A DNA stretch of 6,867 bases from a virus (lineage: Duplodnaviria > Heunggongvirae > Uroviricota > Caudoviricetes). The DNA lies in IMG/VR virus record IMGVR_UViG_2690316345_000004; one strand, 5' to 3'. A program made the position numbers and the translations under genes. How positions within the stretch are numbered: position 1 is the first letter of the stretch; each line of letters opens with the position of its first letter. This document shows positions 6,034 to 6,867 of this stretch, piece by piece. The notes beneath the pieces are model-generated. The model did not search any database and had not been told where the DNA came from. It saw nothing but the letters and a program-made list of their open reading frames with translations.

Positions 6034-6381
6034 ATGGCTAAAAATATTTTCACTGAATTTCCTACTTATCCGGTCGACCAGCTTTCCGGTATTTTTATCA
6101 ATGGCATTAGCCCTGAATCAATGACACTTGATTACGAGGCGAAGAGAGTAAAGCATAAACAATTCAAGCAAATGATCCGCGATGATGGTAACGGGTTAGT
6201 GTTTTGTGTTGCGACACTCGCTAAACGTCCTAAATACCGCTTCCGTGTAGGGCAGGAGATTGATGTAGTTAACCCTTACAACTTCAATTGTATTGGTGAT
6301 GCACGAGCGGTATGCATAGGCACAGCACCTTATTACATTAAGGGACTCAGATTTATTGGGTATCTTATGCAATACATCTAA
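6034..6381 (+). CDS. hypothetical protein (115 aa)
   Basis: ATG 6034 with GGGGG 7 nt upstream. Ends TAA 6379-6381, immediately followed by the RBS of the next gene. No family recognised from sequence. Confidence 0.7.
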   Translation: MAKNIFTEFPTYPVDQLSGIFINGISPESMTLDYEAKRVKHKQFKQMIRDDGNGLVFCVATLAKRPKYRFRVGQEIDVVNPYNFNCIGDARAVCIGTAPYYIKGLRFIGYLMQYI

Positions 6382-6391
6382 AGGGGGTAAT

Positions 6392-6745
6392 ATGTTAAGC
6401 AAGCATTTTTCTCGCAAGGAATTTAAATGTAAATGCGGAAAATGTGATTATGATACTATCGACGCTGAACTGCTGGTAATTCTTGAGGATGTACGCGAAC
6501 ACTTCGGGAAACCAGTAATTATTAACAGCGGGAACCGTTGTCCGACTCATAATAAGAATGTAGGCGGTGCAACCAATAGCTACCATGTTCGAGGCCGTGC
6601 GGTTGATATTGTAGTGAAAGGCGTCTCGCCTGATATTGTCCATGCTTATCTTGATGGGAAATATCCTACCAAGTATGGCTTAGGAAAGTATAAAACCTTC
6701 ACGCACATTGATAGTCGTTCAACGAAATCACGCTGGCATGGATAA
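6392..6745 (+). CDS. peptidase M15 family zinc metallopeptidase (Peptidase_M15_3 / YcbK-like fold), putative endolysin
   Basis: ATG 6392 preceded by AGGGGG (6382-6387); the TTG 6356 start in the ORF track is rejected. Motifs INSGNRCPTHNKNVGGATNSYHVRGRAVD and FTHID match the His-x6-Asp ... His zinc-binding signature of M15 peptidases. No signal peptide or SAR-like N-terminus. Confidence 0.85.
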   Translation: MLSKHFSRKEFKCKCGKCDYDTIDAELLVILEDVREHFGKPVIINSGNRCPTHNKNVGGATNSYHVRGRAVDIVVKGVSPDIVHAYLDGKYPTKYGLGKYKTFTHIDSRSTKSRWHG

Positions 6746-6816
6746 AATTAAAGCGCCTCTAGTGGGTAATGCCGATCAGTTAAGGATCAGTTGACCGATC
6801 CAGTGGCTGTGTAAGA

Positions 6817-6850
6817 ATCCGGAAACGCTCACTTGTTTCCGGATTTTTTT
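6817..6850 (+). terminator. rho-independent terminator
   Basis: Perfect 10-bp inverted repeat atccggaaac (6817-6826) / gtttccggat (6835-6844) with an 8-nt loop, followed by a run of seven T (6844-6850). Confidence 0.7.
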
Positions 6851-6867
6851 ATGCACATTGGACAGGC

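Noticed and set aside
6356-6391. TTG start at 6356 for the M15 peptidase (129 aa in the track)
   Set aside because: It overlaps the end of the previous gene; ATG 6392 has a canonical AGGGGG RBS 4 nt upstream.
6196-6643. Minus-strand ORFs 6196-6417 and 6395-6643
   Set aside because: Antisense to the 115-aa gene and to the M15 peptidase gene, whose motifs and RBSs are unambiguous.
6851-6867. ATG at 6851 directly after the terminator T-tract
   Set aside because: No RBS, and the window ends after 17 nt, so it cannot be evaluated.
1-6867. tRNA genes, CRISPR arrays, integrase or attachment sites, IS elements
   Set aside because: The intergenic spaces are short (at most about 105 nt) and are accounted for by terminators and RBSs; no cloverleaf-like or repeat-spacer structure was seen by eye.

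Overview
The window reads as the distal end of a tail morphogenesis operon from a siphovirus-type phage or prophage (lambdoid/T1-like tail-tip architecture), with every supported gene on the + strand. Order: the 3' end of an upstream gene (1-57), two small tail-tip/assembly ORFs (304-597, 644-1072), then a 1250-aa central tail fiber / host-specificity protein homologous to lambda gpJ (1063-4815), closed by a hairpin terminator. A compact, more A/T-rich cluster of four small genes follows (4921-6381): a 92-aa membrane-anchored coiled-coil protein, a 56-aa hydrophobic peptide missing from the ORF track, a 201-aa lysine-rich protein and a 115-aa protein. It ends with a peptidase M15 zinc peptidase (6392-6745, putative endolysin) and a strong intrinsic terminator (6817-6850). 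The best candidate for an undescribed system is that four-gene post-fiber cluster, which I cannot assign to any family; its position matches where phages carry superinfection-exclusion or moron genes. Other points of note: the J-like protein begins with a module resembling the C-terminal half of lambda gpI, its fiber carries five tandem 10-residue repeats, the first tail ORF has a long start-less open frame upstream, and the endolysin lacks a recognisable adjacent holin or spanin. All homology statements rest on motif recognition and recall, not on database searches.
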